Below, piece after piece: positions 38,301 through 46,737 of a stretch of DNA of 64,000 nucleotides. The stretch comes from an uncultured bacterium. GTDB taxonomy: Bacteria; Zixibacteria; MSB-5A5; JAABVY01; JAHJOQ01. The DNA lies in contig CBDUQR010000008.1 of NCBI GenBank assembly GCA_965369655.1, forward strand, positions 6,966 to 70,965, given 5' to 3'. The position numbers and the translations under genes were made by a program. A model generated the notes under the pieces. It ran no database searches. It had not been told where the DNA came from and saw only the letters and a program-made list of their open reading frames with translations. Every line of letters starts with the position of its first letter. The stretch's first letter is position 1.

Positions 38301-38530
38301 TCGTGGTACTGGCTGGTGAGCGGGTATCTGCCGAGACCGGCCGGATTCCAGTGCGTAGCCGTGGCATCATCCGCAACCGCAACGAAAGCCTCCCCCATGC
38401 CGGCGGCCCTGGCGCCCGGGGCGATCCTCAGAAAAAGAACGCCTGCATCCGACACGCCTGCGTGAGATTCGCCACAGAGCGCCATGACGCCAATTATTGC
38501 AGTCAGAATGACCAGAGTTCTGCTTCGCAT
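35372..38530 (-). CDS. porV: PorV-like T9SS outer-membrane barrel protein carrying a roughly 700-aa internal insertion with propeller-type repeats
   Basis: N-terminal PorV signature VLFLRIAPGARAAGMGEAFVAVADDATATHWNPAGLG. C-terminal barrel ITNLGPNIAYID...ALRAGYRND...FTVGAGLQYNRIRFDFAY. The middle has WVGTEDGLFLFNGRAWQKY-type repeats. AGGAGG Shine-Dalgarno. It lies directly downstream of porU. Confidence 0.7.
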   Translation of the reverse strand: MRSRTLVILTAIIGVMALCGESHAGVSDAGVLFLRIAPGARAAGMGEAFVAVADDATATHWNPAGLGRYPLTSQYHEFSMRKDEGMRSKAIDILLGRVPDAYAETIGEFKLDTDGMTRVTESGEERYIEYEVDPSMPVVQYIASNARMDDRELLKVSVRSIARENTGVSYDQIEAERQHLLVYLNDSQGPEVNRLFEKILIDWHNLKIVSESITFLEERLNHVLQDESLTDREYADVLETLKSASKKSRPRMVRVPYVVLVAIWKDYSLPWETRIVDIAIFQNDIPQENYTKYDVWAITSTGLARWDGESQSWESSLRLIPRRGELFDDLISSFTSETDEERLSLLKQKVSFVNYGVTGNDIDDVVANLKAGFNDGEEPTAMFSFDLNNLSEWYDNMTLSPERFSAFMSAYETATADDSLTGEELTRLEFSIHSVNAGHLPEALYVPYSLPFDKDPTCIAATEKLLWVGTEDGLFLFNGRAWQKYTVEDGLPSNKINNLSVYDGNRMWVATGRGVAHYYKGGWSFYAAETGLVDKEFTTVYGYSRDKAWAAAGSELWFFNGDTWRSDYRYTAVVNDTLTRIVRQFSGVVDESYIRDIAEQLKSKNDLQTDFPDAGTEIMIPFSVAFRHPITTMAYNSPDNKLWVGTTHGLKILANGEFRVFGWRPYSAPRDMSLTEAALDHEPTLSPANAERVAHLIKTYNHIDGDAVKQGQTFHIYANHLGSHIYSLAASDGRVFVGTVFGTIAYDGERFGSYFHSNLQTERTVRIILQDGERWFATPRKVVVYAHAKSELSLMHAKYAPELADDLYYENISYAHHLGDEWGTLGFNVTFMSYGSIPRTLEGSSTVVDTFHAFDGAMSMTYGTRVSPGLSFGLTAKIIYSRLSPQGSGAEVGSGTATAFAVDAGILYDTPIDKLTFGAAITNLGPNIAYIDAAQSDPLPRNVAVGLAYDLLRNPYNKFTLVGEINKRITDLDDGFSEELREAIWSAGFEYWYGSFIALRAGYRNDDAGSINYFTVGAGLQYNRIRFDFAYIPTSKNVALANTLRISLTGRL

Positions 38531-38545
38531 ATATCCTCCTGATTT

Positions 38546-41500
38546 CTACTTGAGAACGACGAGTTTTCCAAATCCTTCTATCAAATCATTGTCACCTTCC
38601 GACGGGAAGATCAGCCTTCCCGAAGCGGTGATTCTGTATATATAGACTCCGTTAGCCAGCTTGTCCCCCCGGTTATCGAAAAGGCTCCACACCGAGGAAA
38701 GATTGTGACCTGCATCTGATGGTTGACTGCGCAATGTTTCAATCAATCTACCACGCAACGTATATACTTCTATCGAGACGTCCCGAACCGGTTCGGACAG
38801 GAAGTACGAAAACCTCGTGTCGCTCGAAGCCGGATTCGGGTAGTTGGCAATCCCTGTTATCCTGAGGTCCTCGGTTTCACCGACCGCCACATTGAGAACC
38901 AGCATGCTCGAGTTGTTGGCCGAATCCCACGACTTGACCCTCAGAGTATGAGAACCATGTTCGAGGGACGGTACTATAAACTCGACCTCACCCGACCGAA
39001 AACTTCCGGGATAATAAGCAAAATCATCCGTCAAGTCCATATCATACAGAAGCTCATCATCGAATCCGACCTCGATCCCATGTCCCACCTCTCCGGAGAG
39101 ATTGATCCCCGAGCTGTCCGACAGCGTTATCGTAAGGCGTTCACCTGCTTCGAGAAGCCCGCCGTTGAACTTGCCGCCCGCAGCCAGCCTCAGTTCGATC
39201 ACGGGGCCTGCCGTGTCGGTTATGGTCGGATTGGACCCCGACACCTCAATCGAATCGACTGCGCCTGACGCCTGAGCAAATTCGTTCACAGCGTACGCGA
39301 GAATCTTAGCTGAGTTCTCGCCATAAGAAATATCTTTGGGCACTATAAAACTAAGCTCGAATCGTCCATCCGTAACTGGCCCCCTGCCTCGGAATATCCT
39401 CGGTCCCGGCAACTTGTAATGGAGAGAGTCGTGATGAAGGGTGTCATTTGGGACAAGTTTCTTAGCTTTATTCCTGATCGCATCGTAGACCGTCACATAG
39501 ACATCGCCGTCGAAGCTTTCGTCAATAGAACCATCGGTGTCCACCACATATCCTTCGACCGTTGTAAGAGCGAGAGCAGTAAGCGAATCCGGACTGACCG
39601 ATGTGAAAGTGATACCTCTGTCCGGAATACCAAACTTCATGAGCGGATCACCGAATACTATATATAGTCGGTCGTTTTCGTTTGTCGGTATCTGGCGAAG
39701 CAGCTTAGCGACATAGACAACCTCACACAGAGAATACCCGCCCTCACCGAACAGGAGATCAAACGTCTTGTAGTTAAAACCCGCGTTGTCGCCTGAGAAG
39801 ACAAACCGGGTAGCCGCCAGTGATCCGATCGCCCCACCCCCGCTGTATCTGAAAAGCTCCTCCGCCATAGCTTCTCTCAGAGGTGAATCGAACTTCCCGA
39901 TAGAGCAGGAGGCATTGAAAAACACCGAGAGCTTATCGCTGTTGGCCAGCTTGAACATATCTTCCTTCCAGTAGAAAACCCTCTCGTCGGCCCACAGATC
40001 GGGATTGCCATGACCGATGTAGTTTATCAATACTGTGCCGTCATTGACAGCCTGGATTATCCTGTCCCGGGCTTTCGGTTTGTGATTGAATGAATCGAAT
40101 GGGTAATCGGTCAGATATATCTTCTGAACATCCACAGTGGATGGCGTATGCTCATTAGCGAGAATCTCCGTCTGATTTGTATGAGCGGCCTCGCTCACCT
40201 TGCTGCGGTTTTTCTTGAACTCATCGTCCGCGACAAGTGTAATCAGATTGCGCCATGGCCCGTAGTTCGACCTGTTTTCATACGAGATTAGTTTCTGGAC
40301 ATACGATCCGATCTCGCCGAGCGACCTGACCGGCCATCGGGCTATGACCATATCGACCCCGCGGTCGACGCCGTACGACGTGTCGGAATCGAGAACCCCT
40401 CTTCCCGCGAAATTTACGAAATTCTCGTCGGTCACCGCCCTGTCCTCAGCGGCGACATACGGCGGAATGTATATGGTCTGGTTCCTGCCTAAGTAGTTCC
40501 TATAATCGTAGTGGCCGTCCCCTACAATCAGCGCAGCACCGGGCGCAGAGACGGAATTCTCGAAACTGTACTTCAGGAAATCCCGTATCGCAACCGGATC
40601 GAACATACCGGCGGAATACTGCCTGAAAATATCATCGAGATCGACAAGCGCGACCGAGTAGCCCTGCGCCTCCCGATACAATACATATTCTTCGATGGCG
40701 TTGTGGAATTCCATGGGAGGTATATTTGGAGCAATGATTATCAGATCATCGTCGTAAGCGACCCGTGGCTCAGCCTGTGGAGTTACCTGCAGAACCGAAG
40801 GCGTTAGCATCTGTGACTTCGAGACAAGAGCGAAACGCTCGAATCGTGAACCGGCAGTGGACCAGTCAAAACTGAGAGAGCCGCCGTCGATCACAAAATC
40901 TGTCAGGAATGCCTGATTGTCGACATCCGCGATGCTCAGGAGAATCATATCCGATCCAGAATTGCCAACAGTATATCTGTGCACGCCGGGTCCATTCCAG
41001 GTGTAGAAATCGAGCGAACCTGATGTGTACGCCAGGTCTGTCGGATAAATAATCTCGAAATAGTCGAGTAGTGGGATCAGGTAGTACCTCTCCTGACGGA
41101 ATTCAATTTTGTTCAAGCCGCTGAAGTGCTCCACCGTAATCACTTTCGGATTCTCAGTTGGATTTGTTCCGTAATGTGCCCCGTTGACAACGACCGTAAG
41201 TGAATCATCAACCGATGTCACGAGAAGAGTACAGGTTGGGAATGGTTGAATATCATCAAGCTGAAAATCTATTTCAAAGTCGCCATCATCACGCCAGAAC
41301 CACCTGTAGTAGTCTCTGATATATCCACCCGACCCAATTTCGAGGAACCGGTTCTCTTCGTATCTCCGGAACTTGTGAAACTCGGTGTGAAGGGTTGGAC
41401 TGTCCGAATCAGGCGCAACCTGTACTGTCTCCATTCGTTTCGGTAGTTCCGGGAAACTGCCGCCGTGTGTCAGCCACAGATAGGCTGTCGATGTATAGCC

Positions 41501-42610
41501 ATTCCTGACAAGCTCGGGTCTTTTCCTAGATGGATCGACATTCAGGAAATCCGCTCCGTGCGCATAGAAGATGATCTCATCGCCAACGTCGAGTATCCCA
41601 TCGGATTCACCCTCGACTCGTATCGCTATTTCACGGAATTCAGGTCTCGCTACACTGTTATCATTCGGCAACTCTCGGCCACCCATCCAGAAAACCCGAA
41701 GCGTCTTCGGATCAATGGACGCTGTATCCATACCTGCATTGCTGAGCGCGGTTCCGCTAATACTGTAGACGCCTGCATCTTCAATCCCGATCTTGACCCA
41801 TGACGCAGAGTGCGCAAACGGATCAAACGTCTCTGCTCTCTTCAGTGCGATAAGAGACGGCTGACGTGGCACGCGCCAGTTTTTCGCCTGCTCGTAGTTG
41901 AGAAGAGTCGCTCTGAAGATTCTCTCGAATGCATCATCCCTGAGCGAAAGAACGCCTGTCTCTGGTGCGGGATCGAATTCGACAAGGACTTCTATCTCAC
42001 CCGCTACAGCCGAGGCTATCCCGCCAGATGAAATCCTGACCGGACTGATCAGCAGTTCGAGAATCCTCTGGTCCCGGATGAAATACGGCCCACGTGTTGA
42101 TAATACCGGATAGCTCGCCGTCGCCTTAGCCTGCTGAAACCGGGCGTTGTCGAACAGGGTCTCCTCACGGGGACGGTTCAAAGGTTGTGTGATTGGATCT
42201 ATTCCCTTGTAACTCGATGAAACTACCGACACTCTCGGCTCCGATCCGACCGGAATACCCATTATCACTTTGCGGATCGGAATCCTCGCGAATCCCGTCT
42301 CTTCGTTCAGAGCGCACCTCGAGATATCAACCATGCGCTCGCCTGACACCTCATCGACTCGTATCTCATACGGCTCGGGTATATATATGAAGCGAATATG
42401 CGAATCGCTCGATTCGAGAATTCGAACATCTCTGTATTCCGGGAGGGAGTCCGCTCTAACCGAGAGGACAGAAATGAGGACAGCAACAGTCGCGAGAACG
42501 ACTGGCCGTATCGACCGACTAAATCTTTTGATCACTAAAGCTATCATAACGAAAACCGACAGCAAAAAAGCCGGAGTGTCAGACTTCCGGCCGCAAAGCC
42601 GCCCGAACAT
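38546..42610 (-). CDS. porU: Peptidase C25 (gingipain-fold) protein, PorU-like T9SS C-terminal signal peptidase/sortase
   Basis: C25 catalytic His and Cys contexts INYIGHGNPDLWADE and VFFNASCSIGKFD. T9SS CTD at the C-terminus (NYPNPASSDTRFSY...VYTLRGRLIE...GVYIYRI). It is adjacent to porV, as in Bacteroidota. An alternative start is ATG 42547. Confidence 0.8.
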   Translation of the reverse strand: MFGRLCGRKSDTPAFLLSVFVMIALVIKRFSRSIRPVVLATVAVLISVLSVRADSLPEYRDVRILESSDSHIRFIYIPEPYEIRVDEVSGERMVDISRCALNEETGFARIPIRKVIMGIPVGSEPRVSVVSSSYKGIDPITQPLNRPREETLFDNARFQQAKATASYPVLSTRGPYFIRDQRILELLISPVRISSGGIASAVAGEIEVLVEFDPAPETGVLSLRDDAFERIFRATLLNYEQAKNWRVPRQPSLIALKRAETFDPFAHSASWVKIGIEDAGVYSISGTALSNAGMDTASIDPKTLRVFWMGGRELPNDNSVARPEFREIAIRVEGESDGILDVGDEIIFYAHGADFLNVDPSRKRPELVRNGYTSTAYLWLTHGGSFPELPKRMETVQVAPDSDSPTLHTEFHKFRRYEENRFLEIGSGGYIRDYYRWFWRDDGDFEIDFQLDDIQPFPTCTLLVTSVDDSLTVVVNGAHYGTNPTENPKVITVEHFSGLNKIEFRQERYYLIPLLDYFEIIYPTDLAYTSGSLDFYTWNGPGVHRYTVGNSGSDMILLSIADVDNQAFLTDFVIDGGSLSFDWSTAGSRFERFALVSKSQMLTPSVLQVTPQAEPRVAYDDDLIIIAPNIPPMEFHNAIEEYVLYREAQGYSVALVDLDDIFRQYSAGMFDPVAIRDFLKYSFENSVSAPGAALIVGDGHYDYRNYLGRNQTIYIPPYVAAEDRAVTDENFVNFAGRGVLDSDTSYGVDRGVDMVIARWPVRSLGEIGSYVQKLISYENRSNYGPWRNLITLVADDEFKKNRSKVSEAAHTNQTEILANEHTPSTVDVQKIYLTDYPFDSFNHKPKARDRIIQAVNDGTVLINYIGHGNPDLWADERVFYWKEDMFKLANSDKLSVFFNASCSIGKFDSPLREAMAEELFRYSGGGAIGSLAATRFVFSGDNAGFNYKTFDLLFGEGGYSLCEVVYVAKLLRQIPTNENDRLYIVFGDPLMKFGIPDRGITFTSVSPDSLTALALTTVEGYVVDTDGSIDESFDGDVYVTVYDAIRNKAKKLVPNDTLHHDSLHYKLPGPRIFRGRGPVTDGRFELSFIVPKDISYGENSAKILAYAVNEFAQASGAVDSIEVSGSNPTITDTAGPVIELRLAAGGKFNGGLLEAGERLTITLSDSSGINLSGEVGHGIEVGFDDELLYDMDLTDDFAYYPGSFRSGEVEFIVPSLEHGSHTLRVKSWDSANNSSMLVLNVAVGETEDLRITGIANYPNPASSDTRFSYFLSEPVRDVSIEVYTLRGRLIETLRSQPSDAGHNLSSVWSLFDNRGDKLANGVYIYRITASGRLIFPSEGDNDLIEGFGKLVVLK

Positions 42611-43296
42611 CTAAAGGGTTGTACCGCACACAATTCAAACAAAAAAACCTCAATCAGCGTTACAAGTCGTACCCTTTAGCTGTGTTCGATGGCAACTCCT
42701 CTGTCTACGTTTTCGTCGCTAAATTAGATTAAATTAGCCTTAGTGTCAAGGTTTTTCCATGCGTTATAACACCTTAAGGGCTGTCAGGTTTCATCTGAAT
42801 GTGTCAGCCCCGATCCGGTGTCGGCAATCAACTCTACAACGCTTGCAATAAAGCTGCCAGGACTGCTGCATTATTTCGCATATATGCCCCAAACTCAATT
42901 GACAACAGCGAATTACATAACCGTTATCATGTAGCAAATCAGCACGGGTGTTCGATGCTTAGCGAAGAAGCATCGCAAATCCGGCAGGAGATTGCCAGCG
43001 ATCTGCAATCTGATTCAGCCTCGATGAGATTTCTTGTAGGGCAGCGACCCGTCCCTCAAGGATCGGGATCAGCGACCGATAGCGAAGCGAAGTGATCCTG
43101 CCATTCATACAGAGTGGCAGAGCCGCTTCGGGTTTTGTCCTACGGCTGACTACCTTTGTTCAAAAATGTGATTGACCTCCGCGCTCTGCATACTATATGT
43201 TGTCTGCGATCAGGAGTAAACAATCGACGATTGACAGCGTCATTAGATCAAGGCCGGTGACTTTGTCGAAATCGCAATCCCTGCGAAGGAGGAAAC

Positions 43297-43656
43297 ATGC
43301 CGGGTACATTATGCCACTTTGAGATTATCACGAATGATGTCCTGAAAGCTGAGAAATTCTACACTGAGCTTTTCGGATGGACAATATCGCGTGCATATGG
43401 CGACGACTACTTGTTCGTGCACACCGGTCAGGAGCCGGATGGCGCGATTGGAAAGGCTGACGAAGAACTGAAGCCGGGCAATGGCGTCTGCTTCTATTTC
43501 GAGGTCGATGACTGCGCAGCGTATTGCGACAAAGCTGTCAGCCTCGGCGGATCGCAGATCAAAGAGAAAGCTGAGATTTCGGGTCACGGCTGGTACGCAC
43601 TCTTCGGCGATCTCGACGGCAACTGCATCGGCCTGTTCGAAGCGTTGAAGAAATGA
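43297..43656 (+). CDS. VOC (glyoxalase/bleomycin-resistance fold) family protein
   Basis: N-terminus LCHFEIITNDVLKAEKFYTELFGWTI and C-terminal GWYALFGDLDGNCIGLFE. AAGGAGG Shine-Dalgarno at 43286-43292. Confidence 0.85.
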   Translation: MPGTLCHFEIITNDVLKAEKFYTELFGWTISRAYGDDYLFVHTGQEPDGAIGKADEELKPGNGVCFYFEVDDCAAYCDKAVSLGGSQIKEKAEISGHGWYALFGDLDGNCIGLFEALKK

Positions 43657-43677
43657 AGAAGGAAACAGCAATGAGAG

Positions 43678-45132
43678 TTGAATATGAATGACAAACCACC
43701 CAAAGCTTTCGTCTCATACAGTTGGTCGTCACCAGGCCATTGTGACAGAATCCGCTCGTACGCCGAACGCCTCGTCGGCGACGGAGTCGACATCATTCTC
43801 GACCAGTGGCATCTGTCCGAAGGACAAGACAAGTACGCTTTCATGGAGAGGATGGTGAGTGATGAATCGGTGACCCATGTACTCATCTTCTCCGACCAAG
43901 AATATGCTACGAAGGCCGATGGCCGGAAGGCTGGTGTCGGTACTGAGACCCAGATCATCTCCAAAGAGATTTACGATAAGACAGACCAGAACAAGTTCAT
44001 ACCAATAGTCTGCGAGAGGCAGGAAGACAACGAGCCGTGCTTGCCAGTTTTCCTAAAGTCTCGCATAATGATTGACTTCAGTTCCCCCGAATCAACGAAT
44101 GAACATTGGGAGAAGTTACTTCGTGCGCTATATGGCAAGCCAATTCATACGAAGCCTAGTCTTGGAAAACCACCATCATACATTACTGATGATGCCCAGA
44201 AACCATCCCTTCCAACCTTGGGCAGATATTTAACATTACGAGATGCCTTGTTGAACGGCAAACCCACTATCCCTCTTTGTAGGCAAGATTTCATAGACTC
44301 CGCGATCTCTTATGCGGATGCATTGCGCGTTCGAGAGGATCCCAATGTCGATCACATCGACGAGAAAGTTCTGGAGGACCTCCATACCATGCTTCCGCTC
44401 CGGGATCAATTGATTGACTGGCTACTTATTGAGACTGCTCTTCAAACGGACTCGGAGTTCAAGGAAGTTCTTCTTGGTTTCCTTGAAAAATTGCTTGCCC
44501 TCAAGTATCGTCTACCTGAACTGACTCAATGGAACGAATCATGGTTCGATGCCCAGAGGTTCTTCGTGTATGAAATGTTTCTGTATCTTATCGCAATACT
44601 TATCAAGAACAACAGATACGGCACTATTCAGTCATTCCTGACAACTAGCTACTTACTGCCCGAGTCGGAACAGCGGTTGAGAAGAGATTTTGTCTCATTT
44701 GATGAGTTCCACACACACTCTGAAGCGTTAGCATATCGGAATGATCGTCTGAAGCTCAATCGGCTCAGTCCTATCGCAGACCTTGTTAAAGAACGTGCAA
44801 CAAGAAAAGATTTACCGTTTCGGGACATTATGCAAGCAGAACTAGTTGTCCTTCTAGTTTCACTTCTTTCTGATGGCCAGCTTTGGTATCCTCACACGAT
44901 CGTTTACGCCAGCCGAAACCAACGTTTCCCGTTATTTGTGCGAGCCGCCCAACACAAGTACTTTGAAAGATTGAACACGATCACAGGAATCAAGTCAGGC
45001 GATGAGCTACGAGAGAAATTCAAAGATGGGTGGGAAGAACATAATACCAACCAATGGATACCCTGGATGTTTAGGACAAATGTATCAATTTGGGATTCAA
45101 TGAACATGGATGCCTTGGATACAATAACATGA
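43678..45132 (+). CDS. SEFIR/TIR-like N-terminal domain protein with an unassigned helical C-terminal domain
   Basis: KAFVSYSWSS...GVDIILDQWHLSEGQDKYAFMERMVSDESVTHVLIFSDQEYATKADGRKAGVGTETQII fits the bacterial SEFIR/TIR_2 pattern. About 320 further residues have no motif I recognise. The likely start is ATG 43684 (TTG at 43678). Confidence 0.7.
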   Translation: MNMNDKPPKAFVSYSWSSPGHCDRIRSYAERLVGDGVDIILDQWHLSEGQDKYAFMERMVSDESVTHVLIFSDQEYATKADGRKAGVGTETQIISKEIYDKTDQNKFIPIVCERQEDNEPCLPVFLKSRIMIDFSSPESTNEHWEKLLRALYGKPIHTKPSLGKPPSYITDDAQKPSLPTLGRYLTLRDALLNGKPTIPLCRQDFIDSAISYADALRVREDPNVDHIDEKVLEDLHTMLPLRDQLIDWLLIETALQTDSEFKEVLLGFLEKLLALKYRLPELTQWNESWFDAQRFFVYEMFLYLIAILIKNNRYGTIQSFLTTSYLLPESEQRLRRDFVSFDEFHTHSEALAYRNDRLKLNRLSPIADLVKERATRKDLPFRDIMQAELVVLLVSLLSDGQLWYPHTIVYASRNQRFPLFVRAAQHKYFERLNTITGIKSGDELREKFKDGWEEHNTNQWIPWMFRTNVSIWDSMNMDALDTIT

Positions 45133-45188
45133 CCAACCGGTAGCCCACCCAGAACGCAGTGCCGGGTGGGGTTGACCACCAGACGACA

Positions 45189-46607
45189 TCACGTCTGCGC
45201 ATCGACTGTCGAGCCTGTCGACTCTTTCTCCTTTAGCTTCATCGTGAAATGCCGCAGGTATTTCGCCTGGTATGTTATCTCGAACCCGCGCAGTTTGTCT
45301 CTGTAATCATTTATTTTCCCGCAGACGCGTGCGACGAAATCGAGATGCGAATTCGTGTAGACCCGTCGCGGAATAGCCAACCGCACAAGCTCCAGCGGTG
45401 GGCTGGTCTCTTTTCCTGTGACAGGATCCTGTTGCGCAAACATCAACCCGCCGATCTCGACGCCTCGAATGCCTCCCTCGCGATACAGCGCAACAGTCAG
45501 CGTCTGCCCGGGATAATCGGATGGCGGTATGTGCGGAAACATCTGACCGGCATCGATAAAGACAGCATGCCCTCCGACCGGCTGAATGATCGGCACGCCA
45601 TTCTCGATCAAACGATCCCCGAGATATTTCACCTGCGCAATCCTGAATTCGAGATAGTCCGGTTCGAGCGCTTCGCGAATGCCTCGTGCGACAGCTTCGA
45701 GATCGCGTCCGGCAAGACCGCCGTATGTCCTGAATCCTTCGATCAGGATCAGCAGTCTGGTCATCTCCTCTTCGAGCGCATCATCGTTGCAGGCGATAAA
45801 CCCGCCCATGTTCACGAGGCAATCCTTCTTGGCCGACATCACGCACCCGTCGGCATATGAAAACATCTCGCGGGCGATCTCTATCGGCGACCTGTCACGG
45901 TAGCCATCCTCACGTTGCTTGATAAACCAGGCGTTCTCGGCAAAGCGCGCCGCATCGAAGAAAAACGGTATTCCATGCTTCCTGCAGACTTCGGAGGTCT
46001 TCCTGATATTCTCCATCGACACCGGCTGCCCGGCGGCGGTATTGTTCGTGATAGTCATCATCACAAGCGGGATACGGTCCTTTCCTTTCTCGATGATGAA
46101 ATCCTCCAGCGCGGCAATATCCATATTGCCCTTGAATGGATCCATGCTTTTCGGATCCTTGCCTTCTTTCACGATCAGGTCGACAGGCTTTCCGCCCTTG
46201 TGCATCGTGTTGGCGCGAGTCGTATCAAAATGCGTGTTGTTCGGAACGAAATCACCCTTCTTGAGCATGGTAGAGAACAGAATGTTCTCGGCAACACGCC
46301 CCTGATGCACAGGTATGATATATTTGAACCCGCAGATACCCTGTATCGACTCGACAAAATGGTGGTAGTTCTTGCAACCGGCGTACGACTCGTCGCCCTT
46401 CATCATGCCCGCCCATTGGTCATCTGACATTGCCGACGTCCCGGAGTCTGTAAGCAAATCGATGAAGACATCTTCAGCGGCAATGTTGAAAATATTGAAG
46501 TGAGATTCCCGGATTATCTGTTCGCGCTCTGCGCTGGTCAGCTTCTTTATCGGCTCGACAACTTTTATTCGATACGGCTCTATCGGAAAGTCAAATTCGT
46601 TTTCCAT
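45189..46607 (-). CDS. tnaA: PLP-dependent beta-eliminating lyase, tryptophanase-like (tryptophanase / tyrosine phenol-lyase family)
   Basis: DLLTDSGTSAMSDDQWAGMMKGDESYAG. PLP lysine context SAKKDCLVNMGG. DAARFAENAWFIKQRE, HIPPSDYPGQTL and LRHFTMKLKE resemble E. coli TnaA more than TPL. Confidence 0.85.
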   Translation of the reverse strand: MENEFDFPIEPYRIKVVEPIKKLTSAEREQIIRESHFNIFNIAAEDVFIDLLTDSGTSAMSDDQWAGMMKGDESYAGCKNYHHFVESIQGICGFKYIIPVHQGRVAENILFSTMLKKGDFVPNNTHFDTTRANTMHKGGKPVDLIVKEGKDPKSMDPFKGNMDIAALEDFIIEKGKDRIPLVMMTITNNTAAGQPVSMENIRKTSEVCRKHGIPFFFDAARFAENAWFIKQREDGYRDRSPIEIAREMFSYADGCVMSAKKDCLVNMGGFIACNDDALEEEMTRLLILIEGFRTYGGLAGRDLEAVARGIREALEPDYLEFRIAQVKYLGDRLIENGVPIIQPVGGHAVFIDAGQMFPHIPPSDYPGQTLTVALYREGGIRGVEIGGLMFAQQDPVTGKETSPPLELVRLAIPRRVYTNSHLDFVARVCGKINDYRDKLRGFEITYQAKYLRHFTMKLKEKESTGSTVDAQT

Positions 46608-46737
46608 GTCTCGATCTCCGACTTGGATGTTGTTGTTTGCAACGTCGATAAGATCGGGAGCGATTACGGAATGTCTTTGATTTTCTCCTCTACCATCCGC
46701 ATTGTGCTAATCCTCAATTGCTGATCGATGTACATCC

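Noticed and set aside
42611-42679. 9-bp inverted repeat ctaaagggt / accctttag flanking an A-rich 51-nt loop immediately upstream of the porU ORF, considered as a regulatory hairpin
   Set aside because: The stem is short, the loop is very large, and there is no recognisable riboswitch or attenuator signature. Its significance cannot be judged from the sequence alone.
42799-43095. 98-aa ORF in the 686-bp porU / VOC intergenic region
   Set aside because: Its C-terminal third is encoded by the GTAGGGCAGCGACCCG repeat module. It has no Shine-Dalgarno and no motif. More likely this is a divergent promoter region plus repeats.
45144-45170. Hairpin cccaccc-N13-gggtggg between the convergent SEFIR-like and tryptophanase-like genes, considered as a bidirectional terminator
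   Set aside because: The stem is only 7 bp, the loop is 13 nt, and there is no U-tract on either strand. This is too weak to call.
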